From assembly GCA_963745035.1 (NCBI GenBank), contig CAVUVW010000014.1, positions 608,001-672,000 on the forward strand: 64,000 nt of DNA, in the 5' to 3' direction. Origin of the DNA: an uncultured delta proteobacterium (GTDB lineage: Bacteria > Desulfobacterota > Binatia > UBA9968). The position numbers and the translations under genes are program-made. The first letter of the stretch is position 1, and each line of letters opens with the position of its first letter. Below, one piece after another: positions 1 through 7,799 of this stretch. The notes under the pieces are model-generated. The model ran no database searches and was not told the DNA's origin. It was given only the letters and a program-made list of their open reading frames with translations.

Positions 1-2
1 TG

Positions 3-419
3 GGCGATCTTTTTTATCGTGGTGCTGCTGACGCTATGTTCATCAGTTCATGGTTCGCCGTTTCCTTTTGGGTCGAGATCGTTTTCGGCCTGATGCTCCC
101 CTTTGTTCTACTGATGATGCCGGAAGTCCGCGAAACGCGGCGGGCGCTCGCCACAGCGTGTGCTTTGGTGATTGCGGGCGTGTTGCTGCATCGCCTCAAT
201 GTGGCGGTCATCGGTCTGCGGGCACGTCACTGGGAAACCTATGTGCCTTCGTTGGGCGAGGTCACGATCACTCTCGGCATTACTGCAGCGGCAATATTTG
301 CGTTCGGCTGGCTCGCGCGCATTCTTCCCATTCACGAAGAATTGCCTGCGCCCGAGACAAGGCCTCTTCCTGCGGGTCAAGTTGCCGGCACATGGCGCGG
401 CGCCGAAGGAGTGTCTTGA
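3..419 (+). CDS. NrfD/PsrC/HybB-family integral membrane subunit of a redox complex, C-terminal part (5' end outside window)
   Basis: Frame is open from the window edge; hydrophobic helices with the RLNV...YVPSLGE..ITLGI...LPI C-terminal pattern typical of NrfD/HybB/HmcC proteins. Confidence 0.75.
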   Translation, partial: GDLFYRGAADAMFISSWFAVSFWVEIVFGLMLPFVLLMMPEVRETRRALATACALVIAGVLLHRLNVAVIGLRARHWETYVPSLGEVTITLGITAAAIFAFGWLARILPIHEELPAPETRPLPAGQVAGTWRGAEGVS

Positions 420-978
420 TGACCACAGAACCACCTCCGCGGTTTCCCACTTTTCGCGTCATCGTCCTGCTCGTGCTGCTCGTCAATCTCATCCTCACCG
501 TAGCCCTGGTGAGCCAGGTGCGCGAGCTGCAGCAGCGCGTTGCGAGCTTGCCTCCCGATCTCGCCGTCAAGCGCGACGTGGCCATGCTGCGGCCGCTCCG
601 GATTCGCGAGATCATCACGCAGAACTGCGTGGAGTGTCACAGCACCCGGCGTCTCGGCGTGACGGTGTCCATGGAACCGTCAGAGGTCCAGCGCACAGTA
701 GAGCGCATGCAAAACCACCCGGGCGCCAATATCCCGCCAGCGGAATTCGAGCGCATCACCGCTTCCCTGCTGGTGGCTCGCTGCGCGCGCTGCCACGGCG
801 AGGAGACGCTTAACCTGATGGTCCTCAAGACCAGCCTGAGCGCTTGGCCACGATCCGTCGCATGGCGGCGCTCCCCGGCTCGGGCGTGCGGCACGATCAG
901 GCGCTCGCCATTGCAGAAGCGTTCGAGAAGCTGATGAGCGACGGTGGCGACCGTGGTCGGACGGATGAGAAAAATAAT
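419..978 (+). CDS. Membrane-anchored diheme c-type cytochrome (probable 1-bp frameshift near 831)
   Basis: ATG overlaps the upstream stop (TGATG); N-terminal TM helix; CVECH and CARCH motifs; alternate frame continues QPERLATIRRMAALPGSGV...EKK to TAA at 978. Confidence 0.7.
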
Positions 979-1020
979 TTGTCGACGGTTCAGCCGTCCC
1001 GGTAGTCACACGGGAGCAGC

Positions 1021-1590
1021 GTGCCAATTGAGATCCATGATGCTGTTCGAGGAAAAGTGACTTCTCGACAACATCTGTTACGGCTACCCGTGTCGCGATG
1101 GCGAGTCTTCGCCGTTCTCCTGCTGATGGCCGCGTGCCGCCCGCCCGCCGATCCCACGACACAGACTCCTGCCGGCGAATGGCGCGCGTTCGAGGGCACG
1201 TGGACCGCAGCAGGTACGCGCCGGACGCTGCACCTGGGCACGAATGACCGTGCGGCGATCTTCGAAATGACGGGATCCGTACTGCTCACCGGCGCACAAC
1301 GGCCGGCGGTCGGTTTCAGAGCACAGGCGATCGGCTTCTCCGACAGCCGCACAGGCATGCAAGGGCGCTCCGTCTGGACCGACGAGCGCGGCGACATGGT
1401 TTACAGCGAGTTGAAGGGCGAGTTCGTCGGCACCGGTAACCAGATCACAGGCACGTTCATCGGCGGGACGGGCCGTTACGCCGGCATGACTGGCGACTAC
1501 AGTTTTAAGTGGCAGTACCTGATCGATGCAGAAGACGGCGCGGTGAACGGGCGAGTCGTTGATTTCAAGGGCCGCGCGCGGTTCGGCTAG
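1021..1590 (+). CDS. Hypothetical lipoprotein, predicted beta-rich
   Basis: 189-aa ORF; LLLMAAC lipobox-like segment; GGTGRYAG motif; true start may lie further downstream. Confidence 0.6.
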   Translation: MPIEIHDAVRGKVTSRQHLLRLPVSRWRVFAVLLLMAACRPPADPTTQTPAGEWRAFEGTWTAAGTRRTLHLGTNDRAAIFEMTGSVLLTGAQRPAVGFRAQAIGFSDSRTGMQGRSVWTDERGDMVYSELKGEFVGTGNQITGTFIGGTGRYAGMTGDYSFKWQYLIDAEDGAVNGRVVDFKGRARFG

Positions 1591-1622
1591 GCCGCGATCG
1601 AGCCTGCAGAAGATCCCGCCAG

Positions 1623-3038
1623 ATGAATGTCGCCGCCGTCCATCGCCGCGAGCTAGGAAAACGAGCCCTGTCATTCGCCCTGGCACTCGGCATCTGGTTC
1701 GCGCCCATCCCGGCAGGCTTGACCCGTGAGGCCTGGCACCTCTTCGCGGTTTTCGCGGCAGCGATCTTCTCGGTCGTCGTGAATGCATTTCCGCTCCTGA
1801 CGGCCTCGCTGCTCGCCGTAGGCGCAGTCGTGCTGACTGGCACTGTCGAGCCGGCCAAGGCCTTTGCCGGCTTCGCGAACTCGAGCGTGCTCCTCGTCAT
1901 AGTGGCGTTCCTGGTAGCCCATGCGGTGGTGAAGTCCGGACTCGGTCGTCGCATCAGTCTGCTTGTGGTGAGCGCATTCGGACGATCCACGCTCGGACTG
2001 GGGTACAGCATCTTTCTAACGGACGCGTTGATCGCGCCGGCGTTTCCGAGCAATACGGCGCGCGCCGGCGTGCTCTACCCGATCATTCTTTCCCTGGCTC
2101 AGAGCGCTGGTTCCAAGCCGGATGATGCCAGCGGGCGCCGCATGGGCGGTTACCTCATGTTCTGCGGCATGGCGAGCCTGAGCGTCTCGTCGGCTCTATG
2201 GCTCACCGCCACCTCCGCCAACCCCATCGGAGTATCGCTTGCGGCGCAAGCCGGGATAAAAATCACCTTCGGCACGTGGCTGCTGGCTGCGTCGGTGCCG
2301 GCGCTGGCCGCCATAATTCTGCTGCCCCCGCTTCTTTGCTGGTGGTTTCCACCAGGAGGAACCGCCACGCCCGATGCGCCCGGGTTGGCGCGTAAGGAGC
2401 TCCACAGCATGGGGGCGCTCGCACGCGACGAGTGGATCGTCGCGGTGACTTTTGCAGTCATGGTGACCGGATGGGTGATGGCGGACAGCCTGCACCTGAG
2501 TCTTACTGCAGTGGCCTTTGCCGGCCTGGGAGTGCTCCTCGCAACCAATGTCCTCACGCTCGAGGACATCAACCTGCAGGGCAGCACGCTGGCCACCTTC
2601 CTCTGGCTGGCGGTACTTTTCGCGTTGAGCGGCCAGCTGAACGAGCTCGGTTTCATGGGTTACGTCGGCGGGAGGCTTACCACGATGCTCGGAGGCGTAG
2701 CCTGGCCGGTCGCGTATGTCGTTTTGCTGGTGCTCTACGTGCTGATGCACTATATGTTCGTGAGCCAGGCGGCGCAGGTCCTCGCGCTCTTCGGTGTATT
2801 TCTCGACGTCGCCGTGCGCACCGGCGTCCCCGCATCGCTGATGTCCTTTGCGCTGCTCTTCGCAAGCAGCTACTTCTCCACCATCACTCCGCAGGGCGGC
2901 AGCCAGAACGTCATCTTCGTAGGCAGCAACTACCTAACACAGGGCGAGCTCTACTGGCTTGGCCTGCTGACTACGGGGTTTTGCCTACTCGTGTTCCTGG
3001 TGCTGGGAACGCCCTGGTTACTGTTCATCGCAAGGTGA
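1623..3038 (+). CDS. DASS-family (CitT/TtdT-like) di/tricarboxylate transporter
   Basis: 471 aa, multi-TM; KSGLGRRI, PAFPSNTARAG and LTATSANP motifs. Confidence 0.9.
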   Translation: MNVAAVHRRELGKRALSFALALGIWFAPIPAGLTREAWHLFAVFAAAIFSVVVNAFPLLTASLLAVGAVVLTGTVEPAKAFAGFANSSVLLVIVAFLVAHAVVKSGLGRRISLLVVSAFGRSTLGLGYSIFLTDALIAPAFPSNTARAGVLYPIILSLAQSAGSKPDDASGRRMGGYLMFCGMASLSVSSALWLTATSANPIGVSLAAQAGIKITFGTWLLAASVPALAAIILLPPLLCWWFPPGGTATPDAPGLARKELHSMGALARDEWIVAVTFAVMVTGWVMADSLHLSLTAVAFAGLGVLLATNVLTLEDINLQGSTLATFLWLAVLFALSGQLNELGFMGYVGGRLTTMLGGVAWPVAYVVLLVLYVLMHYMFVSQAAQVLALFGVFLDVAVRTGVPASLMSFALLFASSYFSTITPQGGSQNVIFVGSNYLTQGELYWLGLLTTGFCLLVFLVLGTPWLLFIAR

Positions 3039-3143
3039 CGCCGGTGGGCATAACACTACGACAGCGCCAAGCATTCGAGAGTCTGATCGTCGCAACGGCA
3101 CCGGAGACGAGCCACTTCTGGAGGTGATCTGGAGGTGATATAG

Positions 3144-3453
3144 ATGCGTGCTCGAAAATACAAAAGAGATTGCGCGCTTGAAGCCAAGCTCACCGTTGCT
3201 GAGGAACGCGTCCTGACGCTGATTTCTCAATCGATGACGAACCGAAGCTGCTCATAAATTGGGGACCAGCCCTGCCACGGTAAAGCGGCACCTGGAAAAT
3301 ATTCTGCGCAAGCTACCAGTGCGTAATCGCTTCGAAGCGGCGATATATCGCATGAGCATGGATCGGTCTTGCGCGCGCAACAAAAGCGATTGTCCACTCG
3401 CTAAATGGCGAAAATCTTACGATGACAAGGTAAATGGACCGATCGGCCGATAG
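3144..3453 (+). pseudogene. Stand-alone LuxR/NarL-type HTH transcription factor, interrupted near 3245 (pseudogene or assembly error)
   Basis: GGAGG at 3131 and ATG at 3144; LTVAEERVLTLISQSMTNR, then after a frame break HKLGTSPATVKRHLENILRKLPVRNRFEAA, a LuxR HTH; no receiver domain. Confidence 0.75.
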
Positions 3454-3635
3454 ATTGAACTTTCACATCAATGCTATAAGCCCATCCTAAAAAGCCCATC
3501 CTCAGCCTTTCGCTACCTGTAGCAGGCCTGAAAAAAAAGAGAGAAGTCCAATATTCCTTTGCAGCATTGAACTGATGGACGCTTCAATTTGATATCACCG
3601 GAGATTGGATTGATGGAGAATTCAATTCAATTACA

Positions 3636-3728
3636 CGGTAACGACAAAAGCTCAGCGACCCGGCCCGCGAGGGCGTGCGATTGCAACCAGAGCGCGATGG
3701 CCGGGTTCGCTGCAGCGCCTGGTTAGGC
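3636..3728 (-). mobile_element. Integron attC recombination site
   Basis: Minus strand reads GCCTAAC-CAGGC-GCTGCAGCGAACCCGGCC...GGCCGGGTCGCTGAGC-TTTTGTC-GTTACCG: R'', L'', L' and R' boxes, an imperfect stem with two extrahelical bases, 30 bp after a co-oriented stop codon. Confidence 0.88.
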
Positions 3729-4938
3729 GTTGTTGCGGTCATATGCCGAAGATTGAACTCAGGGCACGAACGCGAGAAAAAGATACGCGGCAAACAGGAC
3801 TAGATGGACTGCCCCCTGCATCAGGTAAGTGCGCCCGGTGCCGAGAGTGACGGCGCTCACCAGAAACGTGAGCATGAGCATCGCGATGTCCTTGGACTCC
3901 AAGCCCAAAACCAGGGGCAGACCGAAGGCAGCCGACGCCAGCACCACCACGGGAACCGTGAGACCGATGCAGGCGAGCGCGGAGCCGATCGCCAGATTCA
4001 TGCTGCTCTGCAGTCGATCCGCCCGGGCAGCGCGCACCGCGGCCCACGTTTCCGGCAGCAAGACCAGCGCAGCAATCACGATTCCGACCACGGCCCTCGG
4101 CGCATTGGCCGCCTCGACGGCGCGCTCGATGGTCGGCGAAAGCATTCTTGGCCAGGCCTACGACCGCCACGAGCGAGACGAGGAGCATCCCGAAGCTCAC
4201 CCACGCCTCCCGAGTCGTCGGCGGCTCGGCATGCGCGTCCGGGTTGGCCGCGTCGGTCACGGGAATGAAATAGTCGCGATGGCGGACGGTCTGAACGAAG
4301 ATGAAGATCGCCCAGAGTGCGGCCGAGCTTACCGCCACGAACGCGAGTTGTGAGCTGCTGTAAGTGCCGCCCGGCGTGGTGGTCGTAAACACCGGCAGGA
4401 CGAGCGTGAGCGTCGACATCACGATCAGCGCGGCAAGGCCTGCTCCAGCGCCCTCGACGCGGAAGGTCTGCTCACGGTGCGCAAGACCGCCGAGCAGAAT
4501 GCAGATACCGACAACACCGGTGCAGATGATCATCACGGCAGCGTAGATCGAGTCGCGCGCCAGGACCGCCATGTCATTGCCGCCTGCGATCACCATCGAG
4601 AGAATGAGCGCCGTCTCAATCACCGTCACGGCCACGCGCAAGAACGAGGGTGCCAAAGGGCTCACCGACGCGATGAGCGACGACTTCGGCATGGTGGACG
4701 GCGGCGATGACCGTCCCCATCAGCACGACGCCGCACAGCACGGTGAGCCACGTTCCCACGCCTGCCACGAGCGCAGCAACGAGCGAAGCGAGCGCCAACA
4801 CAGGGATAAGCCAGGTCCAGATAGGCATGTTGTCGGTTGTAGCTCAGAAAGCGGTCATCCCGAAGATTAATCGCGAAGGACCGCAACCGGCCCGCAGTCG
4901 TCGTCGCGCCACGATGTGACGTGCGCCCCGTAGCCTAA
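3642..4938 (-). mobile_element. Integron gene cassette (about 1.3 kb) carrying a chaA-like gene; no integrase in the window
   Basis: Starts at core site G/TTAGGC (4939-4933), the exact complement of the attC R'' box GCCTAAC; holds one co-oriented gene; ends at the attC G/TT crossover. Confidence 0.78.
3759..4828 (-). CDS. chaA: ChaA-like Ca2+(Na+)/H+ antiporter, CaCA family; two frameshifts (about 4637 and 4146)
   Basis: Three ORF pieces join into one protein: AVHHAEVVAHRVGEPFGTLVLA / AVTVIE...QTVRHRDYF / VLLPE...LGSALACIGLT...QGAVHLVLF. Confidence 0.8.
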
Positions 4939-4990
4939 CTATTAAGTGAGCCGCCGTAGCTGGCAACAAATGCCGGTCGGCTTATCCCGG
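4933..4990 (-). mobile_element. attI-like or secondary integration site at the left end of the cassette
   Basis: Minus strand GGCTCAC-TTAATA-GTTAGGC: a core site with a degenerate inverse box and no attC-type stem upstream. Confidence 0.4.
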
Positions 4991-5425
4991 CGACAGCTTG
5001 GCAGTAAAAGTTCAAGTTGCCGTGGAATATCCATCAGCTCACCTGGATTGTCAACGTAGAGTTTTTCGTTAAAAAGCCGACCGGCGCGGCAGCTTTTTTA
5101 CCTAACGATCGGCGGCCTATTTCGGCCAGACCATCGCAAAACTTCCGCAGGATTGAACTGTACGACGCTTCAATCGCCAGATGCAATTTCTCCGATAGGC
5201 TAATAGCGCAATGTTGAGAGCGAACGCGCCATACACCACTTGCTCATAACAATCGCTAGAAATGCCGATTGGCTGATGCTAAACGTTGACTGTTTCGAAC
5301 GCAGTGTTTATGACGCGATATATAGGCATCGTATCGGGTATGTTTGAACTAGCCTTAGCTCTGCTGCCCAACGCGACCTAGGAACTCTGCATCGCCCGCA
5401 CGGAACAACGTTCGAGGATAAGCCA

Positions 5426-6028
5426 TTGGCAGAGCACGCCGTTACGATTCTCATTATTCTGAGCGTTGTTCTTATCGGTCTGCTGATCGTTCGGCCGTCG
5501 CTTACCGCGGTCACCGGCGGCAAGATTCTAGCCTTTATCGCCCTATTTATTTTGCCGATCACCGCGCTAGCATTGGGCTCGGCGGTTCATCTCAAAGAGG
5601 CCACATCCACCAGCTTCTGTCTATCCTGCCATCCGATGGAGGCCTACGGAAATAGTCTGCGCATTGACGATCCAACCTATCTTCCCGCCTTCCACTTCCA
5701 AAACAATCTCATTTCGCGAAGTGAAGCTTGTTATACCTGTCATACTAACTACGCGATGTTTGGCGGCTTACACGCCAAGCTCGGCGGCCTCAAGCATCTC
5801 TACGTCTACTACTTCGGGACGGTCCCGGAAAAGCTCGCTCTTTATGAGCCTTACAACAATCGTGAATGCCTGCACTGCCACGACGGCGCGAGATCGTTTG
5901 AAGAAACCTCGCCTCACAAAGAAATGCGGGAGCAGCTGGGCACCAATGACATGTCATGTCTGACCTGTCATAACAAGATCCATGACGTTCCGCAGGTGGA
6001 CACGATGAAGCTGTGGAAAGGACCGTGA
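5426..6028 (+). CDS. NapC/NirT-like membrane-anchored tetraheme cytochrome c
   Basis: Two N-terminal TM helices; TSTSFCLSCH, CYTCH, CLHCH and CLTCH motifs; GAGGA before the TTG start. Confidence 0.85.
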   Translation: MAEHAVTILIILSVVLIGLLIVRPSLTAVTGGKILAFIALFILPITALALGSAVHLKEATSTSFCLSCHPMEAYGNSLRIDDPTYLPAFHFQNNLISRSEACYTCHTNYAMFGGLHAKLGGLKHLYVYYFGTVPEKLALYEPYNNRECLHCHDGARSFEETSPHKEMREQLGTNDMSCLTCHNKIHDVPQVDTMKLWKGP

Positions 6029-6285
6029 TGATGGCCGAGATTACCTATCGATTGCAACGAAGGCTCAAGATCGCCGCTTACCTGCTGATTGCCGGGCTGC
6101 TGGTGGAAGCCGTGACGTTGTACTGGTCCAGCCCCCTGAGTTTCATGCTTTTCATCGGGGTCGGCGGAACTCTCATCGGTTTGGGCATCATCGTTTACCT
6201 CACGGCCATCGTTGACCCCATGAACCGGCCGAACGCGACGGCTGAAACAATGTTTCGAGGACGTAAAAGAACGAATTTCAAATGA
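6028..6285 (+). CDS. Small two-TM membrane protein
   Basis: ATG overlaps the cytochrome stop codon; two hydrophobic segments. Confidence 0.6.
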   Translation: MMAEITYRLQRRLKIAAYLLIAGLLVEAVTLYWSSPLSFMLFIGVGGTLIGLGIIVYLTAIVDPMNRPNATAETMFRGRKRTNFK

Positions 6286-6296
6286 GGAGAAAAGCA

Positions 6297-6495
6297 ATGA
6301 ACATAGCGCGTACATTAGCGATCAGCAGCATCGTTTGTTGTTCGGCTGGCCCGTTTCACGGGTTGTGGCCGCTGATGCCCAGGCGGGTAAGGTAGTGTAT
6401 GACAAAAATTGCGCGGGGTGCCACGGCGCCGACGGCAAAGGAAATCCGGTCTATGATCAAAGCTCCTCGGAGAAAAAGGCTTGAATATCGTCACT
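6297..6495 (+). pseudogene. Truncated, frameshifted class I monoheme cytochrome c
   Basis: GAGGAG and ATG at 6297; signal-like start; ADAQAGKVVYDKNCAGCHGADGKGNP from 6371; C-terminal half absent. Confidence 0.7.
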
Positions 6496-6668
6496 CTCAT
6501 GTGGATCGTCACGCGGAGATCTCCGTGACTAGCTCATAGTTTCTTACTTACTGGACTCGTGCCAAAACCCCCTCGCAGTCGGCCGATTACTGGCGACTGT
6601 GCACCATCTTTCGACTCTTTTTCTTCGCGATCTTCACCGCGGCCTTTCTGCCCTGGGTGCTCGCGCCA

Positions 6669-6688
6669 TGTTGGACTAAGGTCCAATA
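6669..6688 (+). promoter_or_regulatory. Palindromic operator, copy 1 (upstream of frdC)
   Basis: TGTTGGAC-TAAG-GTCCAATA; TG-A-TACGCG with the hexamer 21 nt downstream. Confidence 0.85.
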
Positions 6689-6785
6689 TGCGCCCCAGCG
6701 GCTTCCTGATACGCGTTTAAGAAAACTCATCCCGGGCTACCACGTCCAATACTGAATCGAGCGGCATAGAGATGGAGGAAGAGCC

Positions 6786-7559
6786 ATGAACGACCAAGTC
6801 GATGTCATTGCCGGAACCGGTCTCGACCTCAAGGCGCGAAAGAGTCACTGGCCGGCGCGTTTGGATTTTGCCCAGAGCGCGAGCGGATTGTTCTTGGGCC
6901 TCTTCATGTGGGGCCATATGGCTTTCGTATCGACGATTCTGATCAGCAACGATGCCATGTGGTGGGTGACCAAGATGTTCGAGGGACAGTTTATTTTCGG
7001 CAAAGCTTATCCCGGTATCGTGGCTGCAGTCGTCGCCGTGGTTTCGTTCCTGTTCGTGCTCCATGGCTTGCTCGCCATGAGAAAATTTCCTGCGAACTTT
7101 CAAGAATACAAAGGTTTCGCCAGCCACCGGCAAATGCTGCGCCATGAAGACACCACACTTTGGTGGGTGCAGGCGTGGACCGGCTTCGCGCTCTTCTTTC
7201 TGGCTTCGGTTCATCTCTACCAGATGCTCATGCATCCCGGCGACATCGGCCCTTACGAATCGGCGGAGCGCGTGTGGAGCGGCCGCTGGTGGCCGCTGTA
7301 TCTCGTCTTGTTGTTTGCCGTCGAGCTGCACGGTGGAGTCGGCTTGTATCGCTTGGCGGTAAAGTGGGGCTGGTTCGAAGGCAAAGATCCGAATCGGACG
7401 CGCAAGATGCTCAAGCGGCTCAAGTGGGCGATCACGATTTTCTTTCTCACGCTCGGGCTGCTCACCTTGGCCGCATACATGAAACTCGGCCACGAGCGCC
7501 GCGACCGGTTAGGCGAGCGCTATGTGCCATCCCACGCCGCGCCGGCCCAGCAACGCTAG
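6786..7559 (+). CDS. frdC: Quinol:fumarate reductase cytochrome b subunit (Wolinella-type, 5 TM, diheme)
   Basis: PARLDFAQSASGLFLGLFMWGHM, HGLLAMRKFP, SVHL and VELHGGVGLYRLAVKWGWF motifs. Confidence 0.93.
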   Translation: MNDQVDVIAGTGLDLKARKSHWPARLDFAQSASGLFLGLFMWGHMAFVSTILISNDAMWWVTKMFEGQFIFGKAYPGIVAAVVAVVSFLFVLHGLLAMRKFPANFQEYKGFASHRQMLRHEDTTLWWVQAWTGFALFFLASVHLYQMLMHPGDIGPYESAERVWSGRWWPLYLVLLFAVELHGGVGLYRLAVKWGWFEGKDPNRTRKMLKRLKWAITIFFLTLGLLTLAAYMKLGHERRDRLGERYVPSHAAPAQQR

Positions 7560-7567
7560 CGGGGCCA

Positions 7568-7725
7568 AAATTCGAAGCACGAAACCCGAAATCCGAAACA
7601 ATCTCAAATGATCAAAATACGGAAAATTCTAAACGAGAGGCATTCGGATTCGGTAATTTGGATTTGCCGGTTTTGAAAATTTTGTCTGTCTTTGTTTCGG
7701 ATTTCGATATTCGGATTTCGAATTT
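7568..7725. repeat. Palindromic intergenic element with 34-bp imperfect terminal inverted repeats built from AAATCCG-like heptamers
   Basis: 7568-7601 AAATTCGAAGCACGAAACCCGAAATCCGAAACAA pairs with 7692-7725 TTGTTTCGGATTTCGATATTCGGATTTCGAATTT; AT-rich interior. Confidence 0.8.
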
Positions 7726-7799
7726 GTTTCGCTGGTTGTTGGCAGGAGAAAATTCTTGAAGTGCTTCTGACGAACATTTCAAAAGGAAGAAGTTAAGCC

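Noticed and set aside
3118-3139. CTGGAGGTGAT tandem duplication at the LuxR RBS (also AGCCCATCCT twice near 3479-3502)
   Set aside because: Two short copies only; explained by slippage or assembly noise.
3631-4955. Reconstructed empty cassette site as a dif/Xer site
   Set aside because: The 11-6-11 layout is only superficial, and the arm does not resemble the XerD consensus TTATGTTAAAT.
3546-6751. GTCCAATA half-sites at about 3546 and 6744 (also ATTGGAC at about 22244)
   Set aside because: The partner half-site is missing, so they were not counted as operators. The one at 6744 could be a weak secondary site.
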